Source: Octopus sinensis
Taxonomy: Eukaryota
Length of the DNA: 64,000 nt
Direction: 5' to 3'
Assembly (NCBI RefSeq): GCF_006345805.1
Contig: NC_043022.1
Location: 1,612,001-1,676,000, forward strand
Positions 1-12,846 of this stretch are shown here, piece by piece; positions within the stretch are counted from its first letter, which is position 1, and every line of letters begins with the position of its first letter. The translations under genes and the position numbers were made by a program. Under the pieces are notes generated by a model. It was not told the DNA's origin, did no database searches, and saw nothing but the letters and a program-made list of their open reading frames with translations.

Positions 1-123
1 GGAGCTGTTTTATGATTACCATCAGTTTATATAAATCCATATATTGTGCAATAATATATATATTATATCGGATTAAAGAGGATTTTGAAATCGGAGCTGT
101 ACCCTCAGTATTGCCTGCTTGAA

Positions 124-236
124 CTGCCTGACGAGATGAACATGGATCACATGTAACATGTTGTAAAATGTAATCCTTTATATTTAGATTCATGATCGTT
201 CAGGACCATGTATTGTTGAAACGATCGTAATGTAGG
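124..236 (+). ncRNA. Degenerate hammerhead-like motif
   Basis: CTGACGA (128-134), wobble-rich helix II, GAAAC-GATC-GTA (218-229); helix I forms only with a 2-nt offset. Confidence 0.4.
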
Positions 237-380
237 AATAAACGTAACAGCGTCACCGTCGTTCTTGGTCTTTATATGTGTGTGCATGCATCTATATAAT
301 ACACATGCATGCATAAATGCACATATACACGCAATAAAAATACAAACGTCTACATATCTATCTATCTATCTGTCTGTCTA

Positions 381-416
<36 letters not shown>

Positions 417-424
417 TCTATATA

Positions 425-460
<36 letters not shown>

Positions 461-496
461 CCTGTCTGTCTGTCTACCTGTCTGTCTGTCTATCTA

Positions 497-537
<41 letters not shown>

Positions 538-1461
538 ATTCCTATCTATCCTTCTATCTGTTTGTCTGTCTGTCCGTCTGTCCATGTTTATATATGCTTG
601 TATGTATATATATGTGTATGTATTTAATCCACGTTTGCACGTACGTATACGAATGCACATTATTCTATGAATGCTGTGTGTATATGATGTGTGTGCATGT
701 ATACTCTCTCTCTCTCTCTCTCTCTGCGTGTGCGTGCATTCGTTCGCTCCATTGATGACAGCAGGGACGGATTAAGGACCAGCTGATGGCCCCTCTAAGC
801 ACACTCAAGCCACAACGAAAGGATTGAGGTACTCCCGCCACCACTCAACCTCGACTCCCCACTACCATTGTCTCACTGGCAGACACAATAATTGCTGAAT
901 AGGAAATAATAAATTAAAAATAGGGGCTTTTGGGGTGGTTGGGGTGGGGGTAATTTTTCCCTCCCCCAGGCCATACCCCTCTCTTCTTAACTACACCGAA
1001 TATAACCTATTTTTATTTTCTTGTTGCGTTCAATTTCATTTATTTGACGCTAAATGGCAGCAAGTAATATAAACAAATTATTTATTTATATCTGGAGCAA
1101 CAATTGAGAAAGAAAGACCAAAAAAAAAAAAAATAGAAGAAAACAAGATTTTTAACATTATTTGTGGCGGCCCTGATTCAGCTGCGGGGTTCGGAGTAGG
1201 GTGATGGCGGGGGGGGGGGAATAAAAAATGAACAACAAAAAAAAGCATTTGGGGCGCGGGGTGGGGGGCAGTGATGTTCTCTTCCTTTAATGCTCAAATG
1301 TACTTACGTATTTAAATGATAATCTATCTGAGCATTCGACACACACACACACACACACACACACACTGTATATGTGTGTGTGTGTGTGTGTTTATATGTG
1401 GGCGCGTATATAGATGTAGAATTCTCATGTTTCTTAGTATCTATTCATATATATATATATG

Positions 1462-1760
1462 TATCACCGTGACCGACCAGGCTATCAGATGTTGTTACAC
1501 ATCGCTGGTCACAATGCGCTTCGCATTGTTTTAGCCTTTCAAATGACGCCACTCCGCTGGCTAAGCGAGCAGGCCCAACAGAAGAAAGAGCGAGAGAAAT
1601 TTGCGGCGAAAGAGTACAGCAGGGTTCGCCACCACCCGCTGCCGGAGCCTCGTGGGGCCTTAGGTGTTTTCGCTCAATAAGCACTCACAACGTCCGATCT
1701 GGGAATCGAAACCGCGATCCTTCGACCGCGATTCCGCTGCCCTAACCACTGGGCCATTGC
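1462..1760 (-). mobile_element. tRNA-derived SINE, family D
   Basis: Head gcaatggcccagtggttagggcagcgg...gtttcgattccc; second full copy at 9928-10226. Confidence 0.85.
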
Positions 1761-1881
1761 ATATATATATATATATATATATACACACACCATATCTATC
1801 TCTGTCGCTCCATCTGTCTAACTATACATACATACGTATGCTATACAACGTGAATATTTTAACATATTTTCACACACGCAC

Positions 1882-1930
<49 letters not shown>

Positions 1931-1953
1931 GAGAGAAAGAAAGAGAGAGAGAG

Positions 1954-1994
<41 letters not shown>

Positions 1995-2254
1995 ATTCAC
2001 TCAAGTATTTTGCTCTCTCAGCAAGACCTTGCAAAGCGACAATCTGTCAAAAATATGCGTATATTTGAGTATGTAGGTTTTGTAGGTGTGTGTATAGGTT
2101 TGTATATACTAAGTGCTAACGAACGAAACTCTCAGCCCTTGAGTCAATCTGTTCTTTCTGCTAAATATCAATAAAAAAATATATACATATACTCATATTT
2201 TCAGTTCTGTTTTTCCTGCTTGCATCACCATATCTATCTATCTATCTATCTGTA

Positions 2255-2361
<107 letters not shown>

Positions 2362-2657
2362 GTGTGTATGTATGTATGTATGTATGTATGTATGTATGTA
2401 TCTATCTATCGCTCTATGTATGTATGTATGTATGTATGTATGTATGTATCTATCTATCTATCGCTATATCTGTGTGCATGAAAGAGTATGCGTATATACA
2501 TATATATATATACATATACATACACACACACACATATATATATATATCTATCCTATATATATATATATATAGGATAGATATAGATATTCTTCGAAATATA
2601 CTACTTCTAAAGAGAGAGAGAGAGAGAGGGGTGGTAGTTACAAAACCGTTGTCCTAC

Positions 2658-2855
2658 CTTATCGTGTGGTGAACTGAACGTCCGGCGAGCCCGGCGCCGT
2701 CGTGTGGCCGAAATACTCGTAGTGACCGAACTGGCCGAATCCTTTCTGATTTGGTGGTGGCCTCTCTCCATCATGGCCTCCATACGTAAACCCGTCCTAC
2801 CTGAGTTAGCTGCTGCTAACACTGATCCTGTAGTATGGGCTGTTGTTATTATCAT
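2658..2855 (-). CDS. Possible coding exon of an unidentified gene (MIITTAH...MEAMMERGHHQIRKDSASSVTTSISATRRRRARRTFSSPHDK)
   Basis: Non-repetitive CpG-containing open frame ending at an AAG|gtagga donor; no recognisable domain, no acceptor identified. Confidence 0.3.
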
Positions 2856-3105
2856 TAGTGGTGGTGGTGGTAGTAGTAGTAGTAATAGTGATGTAGTTGT
2901 TCTGGTGGTGGCGGTGGCGGTTGTTGTTGTTGATAATGTTGTCACTGAGGGTGGCGGTAGTGTTGCTGGTGAGGTAAAGCGCTGTTGCTACTGCGCAAGT
3001 ATTTACGAAAATCTCCCATGGCTTTCTCTCATTGTCTGTCTGAATGTCTGTTTTTTTTTTTTTTTTGCTGATGTTTTTCTCTCTTTGTCTGTCTGTCTGT
3101 GTCTG

Positions 3106-3183
<78 letters not shown>

Positions 3184-3343
3184 CCGACACGGAAAACCTT
3201 ACATAAAAGTGTGTGTACATATGTGTGTGTGTATTTAAAATTGCGGCTTCCTTTTGTTGTAACTCTGATCGCATTACATCTCTTTCTATATATATGTCTT
3301 TCCATCTCTCTCTCTATCTATCATCTATCTATCTATCTACCTA

Positions 3344-3403
<60 letters not shown>

Positions 3404-3919
3404 ATAGAATGATAGATAGTATCTATCTATCTATTTTTCTATCTATCTATCTGTCTGTCTGTCTGTCCATCCATCCATCCATCGTCTATAATTAATGCAT
3501 CCTTCCACATTTCATTTTAACACACGACAGCACTGTGATTTCGCTGTAGAGTTAACTGGTATTTCTAGCAGGGCAATCGAACCGTATTACGTACAAAAGT
3601 TCCGTGTGTGTATAACAATGTCAGTGAGTTCATACCTTGAACTATATATATATATGTCACAATGTGGTTTGTTTGTGGTTTAGCTTCAGGATATCCGTGA
3701 TCGAGGTGAGACATATCTTCTATTTAGGGCATATAAGGGGCCAAGATTCCTTGCTTGCTTGTTTGCTGTTGTTGTTGCAGATCAGAAATGTGAACATGAA
3801 CGATTGTATGTAGTCCTTGTTGACCTCATGTTGTAATATCGATTATTGATACGTATCGATCGAGATACAGACAGTTAAGTAGAAATATTGATAGATAAAT
3901 GAAACAGACGGTTTATAAA

Positions 3920-4146
3920 TTTTGTCATTTGTCTGCGGCCATGCTGGAGCACTACCTTGAAGGCTTTTAGTGAAACAAATTGACCCCCCCCCCAGAACTT
4001 ATTTTCTTAGGCCCTGTACTTATTCTATCGGTCTGATTTGCCGAACAGCTAAGTTGCAGGGATGTAAACACACCAATACCGGTTGTCAAGCAGTGTTGGA
4101 GGAACACACTCATGTATGCACATAATATATATATGTATATATATAT

Positions 4147-4224
<78 letters not shown>

Positions 4225-4381
4225 GACGGGCTTCTTTCAGTTTCCGTCTACCAAATCCACTCACAAGGCTTTGGTCGACCCGCGGCTATGGTAGATGACA
4301 CTTGCCCAAGGTGTCTCGCAGTGGGACTGAACCCGGAACCATGTGGTTGGGAAGCAAGCTTCTTACCACATAACCACACCT
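3920..4381 (-). mobile_element. SINE family A (tRNA head, ccttgggcaagt CORE-like segment, internal microsatellite, tail)
   Basis: Many copies in the window; resembles the octopus OR-type SINEs (from recall, unverified). Confidence 0.85.
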
Positions 4382-4424
4382 GTAACTATCTACCTATGTA
4401 ACTACATGCGTGTGTGTGTGTGGT

Positions 4425-4740
4425 TAAGGGGCGTGGCTTAATGGTTAGGATTTTCGGCTCGCGATCGTGAAGTCATGAGTTCGATTCTCTACGATGCGCT
4501 GTGGCCCTTGATCGAGACACTTTATTTCACATTGCTCCAGTTCACTCAGGGTGACAAAAGTGAGCTGTATCTGTATTTCAAAGGGGCCCAGCATTGTTGC
4601 ATTCTGTGTCATGCTGAATCTCCCCCAGAACTACGTCTGGGGTATACACGTCTGTGGAGCACTTGCACATTAATTTCACGAGCAGGCTGTTCCAACGATC
4701 GGATCAACCGGAATGCTCGCCGCTAAAACAGATGGAGTGC
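4425..4740 (+). mobile_element. tRNA-derived SINE family C; second copy at 51463-51730
   Basis: gcgtggcttaatggttagg...gagttcgattc head; shared ccttga.c.agacacttt...gctccagttcactcag body. Confidence 0.8.
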
Positions 4741-4764
4741 AAGTTATATGCACACATGAATGTA

Positions 4765-5665
4765 CGAGGCTAAGTCAAAACTTACCCGCACTTTCGCCAT
4801 AACATATCTTTATTATTGTCACACTGCCTTCTGCGCATGCGTGCTTGTAGTTGGTACTATTGTGGGTACACAAAGGGCGGCGAGCTGGCAGAATCGTTAG
4901 CACACCGGGCGAAATGCTTAGCGGTATTTTGTCTGTCGTTACGTTCTGAGTTCAAATTTCGCCGAGGTCGACTTTGCCTTTCATCCTTTCGGGGTCGATT
5001 AAATAATTACCATTTACGCACTGGGGTCGATATAATCGACTTAATCCGTTTGTCTGTCCTTGTTTGTCCGCTCTGTGTTTAGCCCCTTGTGGGTAGTAAA
5101 GAAATAGGTACTATTGTAGTCACGTGATTGAAGTTTGAGCCTGATCGTGCCATTTTTGTTTCCGGTTTCACAGTCTAAGCATGGTCACTCCACTAGCAAT
5201 GTGGACCAAAGAAGAACAACAGAGAGCAGTGATCCGAGAGATGGTAATGGTGAACCGGTTTTTGGGCTTGCTGTGTGTTCTCGTCAGTGGTGCAGGTTGA
5301 TGGGCGTCCTTCTCCCTCTTCGTGCGTCACACTTGTCCGTCCCCTTTTAAACTTCTCAATCCCCTCATACAGACTTCTACGTTGCAGTGCACTGTCCCCG
5401 TATTGTGCTAAAGGCCTCTGATGAACTTCAGCCCCTGACACACCATCCGACCAGAGAAATCGGATCAAAGCACTTTGTTCTTCTTTGGTGTACATTGAGA
5501 GTGGATTAGCCATAACTTACACTGTAAAGCCAAAAAGAAAAATGGCGATCAGGCTCAAACTTCGATCACGTGACCACAATAGTACCACGCATGCGCAGGA
5601 GGCAGTGTGACAATAATAAAGATATGCTATGGCGAAAGTGCGGGTAATTTTTAACTTCGCCCCCG
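4765..5665. mobile_element. Non-autonomous mariner element made of two inverted 5' ends; transposase N-terminal HTH on the minus strand (5193..5513)
   Basis: TA flanks (4763-64, 5666-67), long inverted arms; MANPLSMYTKEEQSALIRFLWSDG...FKRGRTSV...GRPST is mariner-like. Confidence 0.88.
4864..5106 (+). mobile_element. tRNA-derived SINE (family B, OK-like) inserted in the mariner left arm
   Basis: 11-bp TSD ggtactattgt at 4853-4863 and 5107-5117. Confidence 0.85.
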
Positions 5666-5719
5666 TATATACTTATGGCTTAGTGGTTACGGTATTCGGC
5701 TCACGTACGTGATGTCATC

Positions 5720-7190
5720 CCCGGAAGGATGAAAGGCAAAGTCGACCTCGGCAGAACTCAAACTCAGAACGTAGTGGCAGACGAAATACCTCTAAGCATT
5801 TTGCCCGGCCTGTTAACGAATCTGCCAGCTCCTTGCCCTAATAGCAATCTTTTCTACTATTGGCGCAAGGCCTGGAATTTGTGGGGAGGAGGGGACAGTC
5901 GATTACATCGGCCCCCAGTACTTGAGCGGTTCTTAATTTATCGACCCCGAAAGGATGAAAGTCAAAGTCGACCCCGGCAGAATTTGGCCGCCGTCTTGCA
6001 TGTTGTACGCAGTGGGGAGAGAGTCTGGTGTTTGGTAGATAGTGACATGTTCCTCTGTTGTTAGACCTTTTCAGCGAAGCATTGTCTGGCGAGGAAGTAT
6101 TAGACCTTAGAATGACTTTGAGAGGATGTATTTGATTTGAGAGAGAAAGAGAGATGCGGTGAGGCAGAGAGAGAGAGAGAGAGAGAGATAGAGAGATAGA
6201 GAGAGAGAGAGATATGCAGCGAGGTAGAGAGAGAAAAGCGGCCAGGCAGAGAGAGAAAGAGAGATGTGGTGAGGTAGAGAGAGAGATGAAGAGAGATACA
6301 TGGAGATAGATAGATAAGAATGATGTTAATTTCACGAACAGACCGCTTCGTTGACCAGATCAACAGGAACAGTCATAGTAGTAGCAGTGGTGGTTTTTGT
6401 AAGTGGTAGAGGTGGTGGTGGAAGTTACAGTTGTGGTGGTAGTTGTAATAGCTATTTTTGTAGTTGAGTATTAATCATACTGGTGGTGGTGGTGGTGGTG
6501 GTTGTAGATGTGCGCTGTTTGTTGAAGTAGGGGTAGAAGTAGTAGTGGTTGTGGTGGTAGTGTGAAGAGCAGATAACTTGAGGTTAGAACGAATTTTGTG
6601 AGCAGTGATGGGACAGGTTGGGTGGACGTATGGAAGGGTGAGGAGGAGGAGGAGCAGATGTTAAAATAGATTTTAATGATAATGTAGAGAAGAGGATGGG
6701 GAGAGGAGTAAGATATGAAGAGGAGACGGTGCGTGAGGGTGAGTGGGAGTGGAGATAACGAGTGATAGAGAGGAAGAGTTGAGTGGAAGAAGGACGAGAA
6801 GTGAAAGGGATTATGGGAAGGCAAGTGACGGGAAGGTGATGGTACAAGGCCAGCTATGTTAGGGGAAGGGGAAAGTCGATAACATCGACCCCCCAGTGCA
6901 TGACTGGTACTTTATTTCATTGACCCCCGAAGGGATGAAAAGCAGAGACAACTTTGGAAGAATTTGAACTCAGAACGTAAAGAGAGGGAAGAAATCCCGC
7001 TAAGCATTTCGTCCCCGATAATCAACTTTTGACCCCGATAATCAACTGGTACTTTATTTTATCGACTCTGAAAGGATGAAAGGTAAAGTCAACCTCAGTG
7101 GAATTTGAACTCAGAACATAAAGAGTCTGACGAAATGGTGCTAAGCATTATGCTCGTCGTGCTAACGATTCTGCCAACCCACTCTGCTTT
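5720..7190 (-). mobile_element. SINE family B tandem pieces (5720-5990 and 6860-7190)
   Basis: Repeated gaaaggatgaaaggcaaagtcgacctcggc...gaatttgaactcagaac. Confidence 0.8.
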
Positions 7191-7912
7191 TCGCTGCCTT
7201 AGTAATCCTGATACATTCAAAGTGGTAAGCAATGAGTTAAAGCAGTATTAGAGATAGAGATAGATAGATAGATAGAGAGTGAGAGAGAGAGAAAGAGAGA
7301 GTACAACTAAAAGCTTATATATTTAGGACATATGCACATAAATAAATACGTAAAATCCTCAACGATGTTTGTGTGTGTACGAGAGAGAGAGAGAGAGAGA
7401 GTGAGTGAGTGAATAAGTTCTGTGTAAAAACAGTGACACAGTAACACAGATTAAAATTAAAAAAAAACAAACAAATTCTGCATATCTAAAGAGAGATTAT
7501 TTATTTATATAGTCAAGAGTGGACTAATAAACTTAGTGTAGTAACGAAGCGAAAAATAAATTAAAAAGAAAAAAAAAACGTTTAAGCAAATGAAATTATA
7601 GCGGTAATGGCAATTTTTGTCAAAAGAATGCAAGGGAGAGAACTCTGGAAGGTAAAAGTGATTAAAAATTTAAATGGTGGCATGTACGTCGTGGGGAGAG
7701 AGTCTGGTGTTTGGTAGATAGTGACATGTTCCCCTGTTGTTAGACCTTTTCAGCGAAGCATTGTCTGGCGAGGAAATATTAGAACTTAGAATGACTTTGA
7801 GAGGGTGTATTTGATTTGAGAGAGAAAGAGAGATGCGGTGAGGCAGAGAGAGAGATGCAGCGAGGTAGAGAGAGAGAGAGATGAAGAGAGATACATGGAG
7901 ATAGATAGAGAA
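5999..7912 (+). repeat. Local direct duplication (about 5999-6320 and 7681-7912)
   Basis: Near-identical gtggggagagagtctggtgtttggtagatagtgacatg...gatttgagagag. Confidence 0.9.
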
Positions 7913-8535
7913 GGAGAAAGATGAGGCTAGCGAGAGAGAGAGAGATGGTAAATGTTTTAATAGGCATCCATTGTATGTGTGTGTCTACGTGTGAATGTCA
8001 ATGCGCTCACGTCCTTACTCACATCGATAAAAACTTTATGCATGCATTGGGGGCCATGTTTCCGTTTTGAGGACACCTTCCTCCCCCTCCTACCAGTTTC
8101 GGAGGCCCTGCAAGGGTCATGGGCACTACTTTCCCTTCCGGTTTAAAAGATAAAAATATAAAAAGAACTAAAGATATAAAAAAAAAAAACATCCGATTTT
8201 ATTAATGTGCGGCAAATTTGTCCGACCTCTTTTTGATTCTCACGGCCCCACCCGATGGGGGCATGCGGGTCCCTGCCCTGTAAGAAACACTGGTGCCAAG
8301 AGACACCACCGCTGGTTCCAGTCGAGTTAAGGAATCCATTTGCCGAGGAGATGGGCCAAGTTGGCCCGGCGGAATTGAACTTCGTCATGTGGTACGACAT
8401 GACACGAAGGCCAAAACCTCGTCTGTGACCCAGCAATGTGTCGAGGAGAGAGAGAGAGAGATATGACGCGATCTTTTCTAGTGACACCCAGCAAACACAC
8501 ACACACACTCACACATACACTCACACACACACACA

Positions 8536-8570
<35 letters not shown>

Positions 8571-8789
8571 GGAGAAAGAGAAATGTCAGTTGAGTCAGGA
8601 CAGAAACGATGCCTTTTTAAAAAACAATCCCATCGTAATTACGAACTGGCAGACGTCTTCCGGAAGAAAAGTAATTGGGTGGTGGGTGGTGGGTATATCG
8701 GTGTATGGATGTTGGGTAGGCGTGTTGGGTGGGTGTGTGTGTAGATGTGACTGAAAGAGAGAAACAGTGGATGCGTGAGATATATATAT

Positions 8790-9180
8790 ATGTATATGTG
8801 TATAGGTTTGTGTGTGTGTGTAGGTTTGTGTGTGTGTGTATAGGTTTGTGTGTGTGTGTATAGGTTTGTGTGTGTGTGTATAGGTTTGTGTGTGTGTGCG
8901 TGTGTGTATAGGTTTGTGTGTGTGTGTATAGGTTTGTGTGTGTGTATAGGTTTGTGTGTGTGTGTGTGTATAGGTTTGTGTGTGTGTGTGTGTATAGGTT
9001 TGTGTGTGTGTGTATAGTTTGTGTGTGTGTGTGTGTGTATAGGTGTGTGTGTGTGTATAGGTTTGTGTGTGTGTGTGTATAGGTTTGTGTGTGTGTGTGT
9101 GTATAGGTTTGTGTGTGTGTATAGGTTTGTGTGTGTGTATAGGTGTGTGTGTGTGTATAGGTTTGTGTGTGTATACTTGT
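8790..9180. repeat. (GT)n-ATAGGTTT compound minisatellite
   Basis: Direct inspection. Confidence 0.9.
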
Positions 9181-9322
9181 GTACGTGGATGTATATAGGT
9201 GTGTGTGTGTGTGTGTGAGAAAATGCATGTGGGTGTGTGCATGTGTATAAGAGACAGTCCGTGTGTCTGTGTGTGCACACGCATTAATGCGCTTTCAAAT
9301 AAGCTTATACTTCCATTAACTT

Positions 9323-9360
<38 letters not shown>

Positions 9361-9434
9361 CACACACACACACTCTCTCTCTCTCTCTCTCTCTCTCTTT
9401 CTATCTCTCTCTCTTCTATCTCTCTCTCTTTCTA

Positions 9435-9490
<56 letters not shown>

Positions 9491-9927
9491 ATATCAGTTA
9501 GTCAGTCAGCGGAGAGAGAATTATCAGTTTCCTTGACTTTGCCGCTTTCTTCCCAGTCTGGTGACATTAATGCGGTCAATGTTCAGTTTTAACATTGACT
9601 ACCAATGTGTGTGTGTCTCATACTAGGGAACTGTTTGCAGTTTCTTGAGATGAAGAAACGCAGCGACCTTGAAATATTTCTTCCAGAGCCTCTGACACCG
9701 GAGACGAAAGACAATGGACCACAGCCCATCGCTTTGCTCCAACAGGAAGTGAAACCCCAAAATATCAATCAAGACCGGACACGAATATTTACAACAGGGT
9801 GGCCCCAGCCAAAAGTACCCAATGGCCAGCCTATGGTACCCGAGGGTCCGCTGTGTGTGTTGGATATCTGTCTGTTTTCTTCGAAAAATAGGTCGACTGG
9901 GGGCGTGGATATAAATATATATATATA

Positions 9928-10226
9928 TATCACCGTGACCGACCAGGCTATCAGATATTGCTACACATCGCTGGTCACAATGCACTTCGCATTGTTTTAG
10001 CCTTCAAATGACGCCACCCCGCTGGCTAAGGGAGCAGGCCAACTGAAGAAAGAGTAAGAGAAAGTTGTGGCGAAAGAGTACAGCAGGGATCCCCCCCCCT
10101 CCGCGGGAGCCTCGTGGAGCTTTTAGGTGTTTTCGCTCAATAAACACTCACAACACCCGGTCTGGGAATCGAAACCGCGATCCTACGATCGCGAGTCCGC
10201 TGCCTTAACCACTGGGCCATTGCGCC
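9928..10226 (-). mobile_element. tRNA-derived SINE, family D
   Basis: Aligns end to end with 1462-1760. Confidence 0.85.
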
Positions 10227-10227
10227 C

Positions 10228-10311
<84 letters not shown>

Positions 10312-10423
10312 AATGTGAGGATAAAATTCTTTTCGAAAAAAAATATTTTCTCGAAAAAATTTTTATCAATGGCCAGCATATTAAAAAATACCTTTAACGG
10401 TTAAATTTATAAACAATTCATAA

Positions 10424-10558
10424 TAAGCTTAAAGCGATCACCGTACAATGACTACGGAAAATAGCCTAATAAGGGGGCATATAAGTCCTCGACAGAAAAA
10501 AAAAAGCCTTTATTAGACTATTTTCCTTAGTCATTGCACGGTGATCGCTCTAAGCTTA
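10424..10558. repeat. Inverted repeat, about 51-bp arms with a 32-nt loop
   Basis: taagcttaaagcgatcaccgtacaatgact... versus its reverse complement: 4 substitutions and 1 indel. Confidence 0.9.
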
Positions 10559-10850
10559 TATAAAAGTACCATTATTATTATTATTATTATTTACAGGACT
10601 GTAAATCACGGCCATAACAAAGAAGGCCATTCGCACCGAAAGTAAATATAAATGTAATGGAAAATAGGTCAGTTTCAAAACATTGATGTCCTGGTTACAA
10701 AAAGCAAAGTTTGAAGGGAACGGTAGTCATTTCCTTTGATTTCTAGACAGAAGCAAGTAAGCAATAAGACTTACTGGCCAAAGACAAAAAAAAAAGTTAC
10801 AGTTATTGATCATAAATAATTTTTTATTGATGAGGTAATTTCTCGAAATT

Positions 10851-11230
10851 TGCTTTCTCGAAATTTCCACAAGTGAGGACTCATTGGTGGGTGACGGAGG
10901 AGAGATGGTCACCAATGGATCTGGCCTCACGGAAGATTAGGAATGATTGGCAGGACTTCAGTTGTGTGCTGTTTTTGCTTAAGGGGAGGGCTCAGATGTT
11001 GTGATGTTTTCTTACAGTTGAAAGAGCCAAGATTGGTGTATCCCCATTGAGAGGGTATTTTCGAAGTCCGCTTCAAGGAATCAGGGCTTGTTTGGCGCGC
11101 GGTTCCTAGGTTGTGTATGAAGGATGCATAATTGAGGGGGGTCAGGGTGGCATATCAGTTTGATGTCCGTATCGAAATATTTTCCAGAAGTGATAATTTC
11201 TCTCAGCACGATGTGATATCGTCTTTGATA
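10851..11230 (-). mobile_element. Second fragment of the same LINE RT, upstream part
   Basis: 85 bp shared with 11874-11958. Confidence 0.6.
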
Positions 11231-11241
11231 TTCCGTATTTT

Positions 11242-11578
11242 TTTTTACTTGGTTCAGTCATTAGACTGCGGCCATGCTGGGGCACCACCTTCAAGAATTA
11301 TTAGTCGAATGAATCAACCCCAGTACTTAATTCCAATTGAACCCTGGTACTTATTCTAACGGTGTCTTTTACCGAACCGCTAAGTTACTGTGACGTAAAC
11401 ACATCAACACTGGTTGTCAAGCATACGACGGGCTTCTTTCAGTTTCCATTGAGCAAATCACTCGCAAAGCTTTGGTCGGGTCGAGGCTATAGTAGTAGAC
11501 ACTTACATAAGGTGTCATGCAGTGGGACTGAACCCGGAACAATGTGGTAGGGAATCAAGCTTCTTACCACACAGCCAC
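11242..11578 (-). mobile_element. SINE family A
   Basis: Head and tail align to 3920-4381. Confidence 0.8.
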
Positions 11579-11960
11579 AACATATGTCAGATGTAGGGTT
11601 GTATCTGTGCAAGACTGGGTGTATTGTTGGACATGGCAGGAAGTAGGGCATTGATGCCTGGCAGGAAGAGGACGGGGTGGGGGTAAAACCAAACCCTGGG
11701 GTACATCAGAGTGGATAGAGTGAGAAACAGAAAGATCTTCGTCAGTTAGGAAATGAACTGATCGAAGAGGTGAGATCAAAAGACGAGTTGGACCAAAAGT
11801 CGGGCGGTTTCGATAATAAGAGACGAACATTTCAGACACGACTGGAAAGCTTTGATGTTGGCGGCAACAACATTGCTTTCTCGAAATTTCCACAAGTGAG
11901 GACTCATTGCTGGGTGACGGAGGAGAGATGGTCACCAATGGATCTGGCCTCACGGAAGTT
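11572..11960 (-). mobile_element. Degenerate CR1/Jockey-like LINE RT fragment
   Basis: FREARSIGDHL...KAF...SDVPQG..LPP...DTTLH resembles the RT motifs GFRxxRST, DxxKAFD, GVPQGS, ADDTTL. Confidence 0.7.
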
Positions 11961-12523
11961 CGTTTACAGTTGGTCTTTTTTTTTAATAGTTTACTGTTGC
12001 TAATGAACGGAATCTATCTTCGTGTTTGTTCAAATCACGTGGTTATAAAGCCATTGCACCGACACCCTGTTTGGTCGTTGTGCACTCTCAGTAATTAAAT
12101 ATCTCAGACAAACTAAAATTGAGCCACCCCGTCTCACATACGTTTCCCTCCCTCCTTCCTTCTTTCCCTCGCCGATTTCCTTTTACTCCTTCTCTTCTTC
12201 CTCTCTCATCCTCTCTCCCCCAATCCGCCCATGTCCCACACTCTCGCTATCCGCACCTCATCTCCGTCTCTCCTACTCAGCTTCTTTCTTTCTCTCCAGT
12301 TCTCTTTAAATTCGCTTACATTCATCTTTTTCTTCTTCTTTAAAAAGAAATTAAAAATGCAACAATATATCTCGAAAGACACATATATAAAAAAAAACCC
12401 CATCCAACACAGATTAAAATAGCTAAAAATGAGAAAAAAATAAAACGAACGATGAAACACAACGAAAAATAAAACTAAAGACTTTAACTGAAATTAATAA
12501 GTAAATGGTTGGCAGAAGGATGC

Positions 12524-12731
12524 TAATAATAATAATAATAATAACAATAATAATAATAATAACAATAATAATAATAACAATAATAATAATAATAATAGTA
12601 ATAATAATAATAATAATAATGATAATAATAATATAATAGTAATAATAATAATAATAGTAATAATAATGATGATGATGATAATAATGATAATAATAATAAT
12701 GATAATAATAATAATGATAATAATAATAATG

Positions 12732-12766
<35 letters not shown>

Positions 12767-12846
12767 AATAACAATAATAATAATAACAATAATAAAGATA
12801 ATAATAATAATAACAATAATAATAATAAGTAATAATAATAATAATG
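12524..12846. repeat. Long imperfect (AAT)n array with AAC/GAT/AGT variants
   Basis: Direct inspection. Confidence 0.95.
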
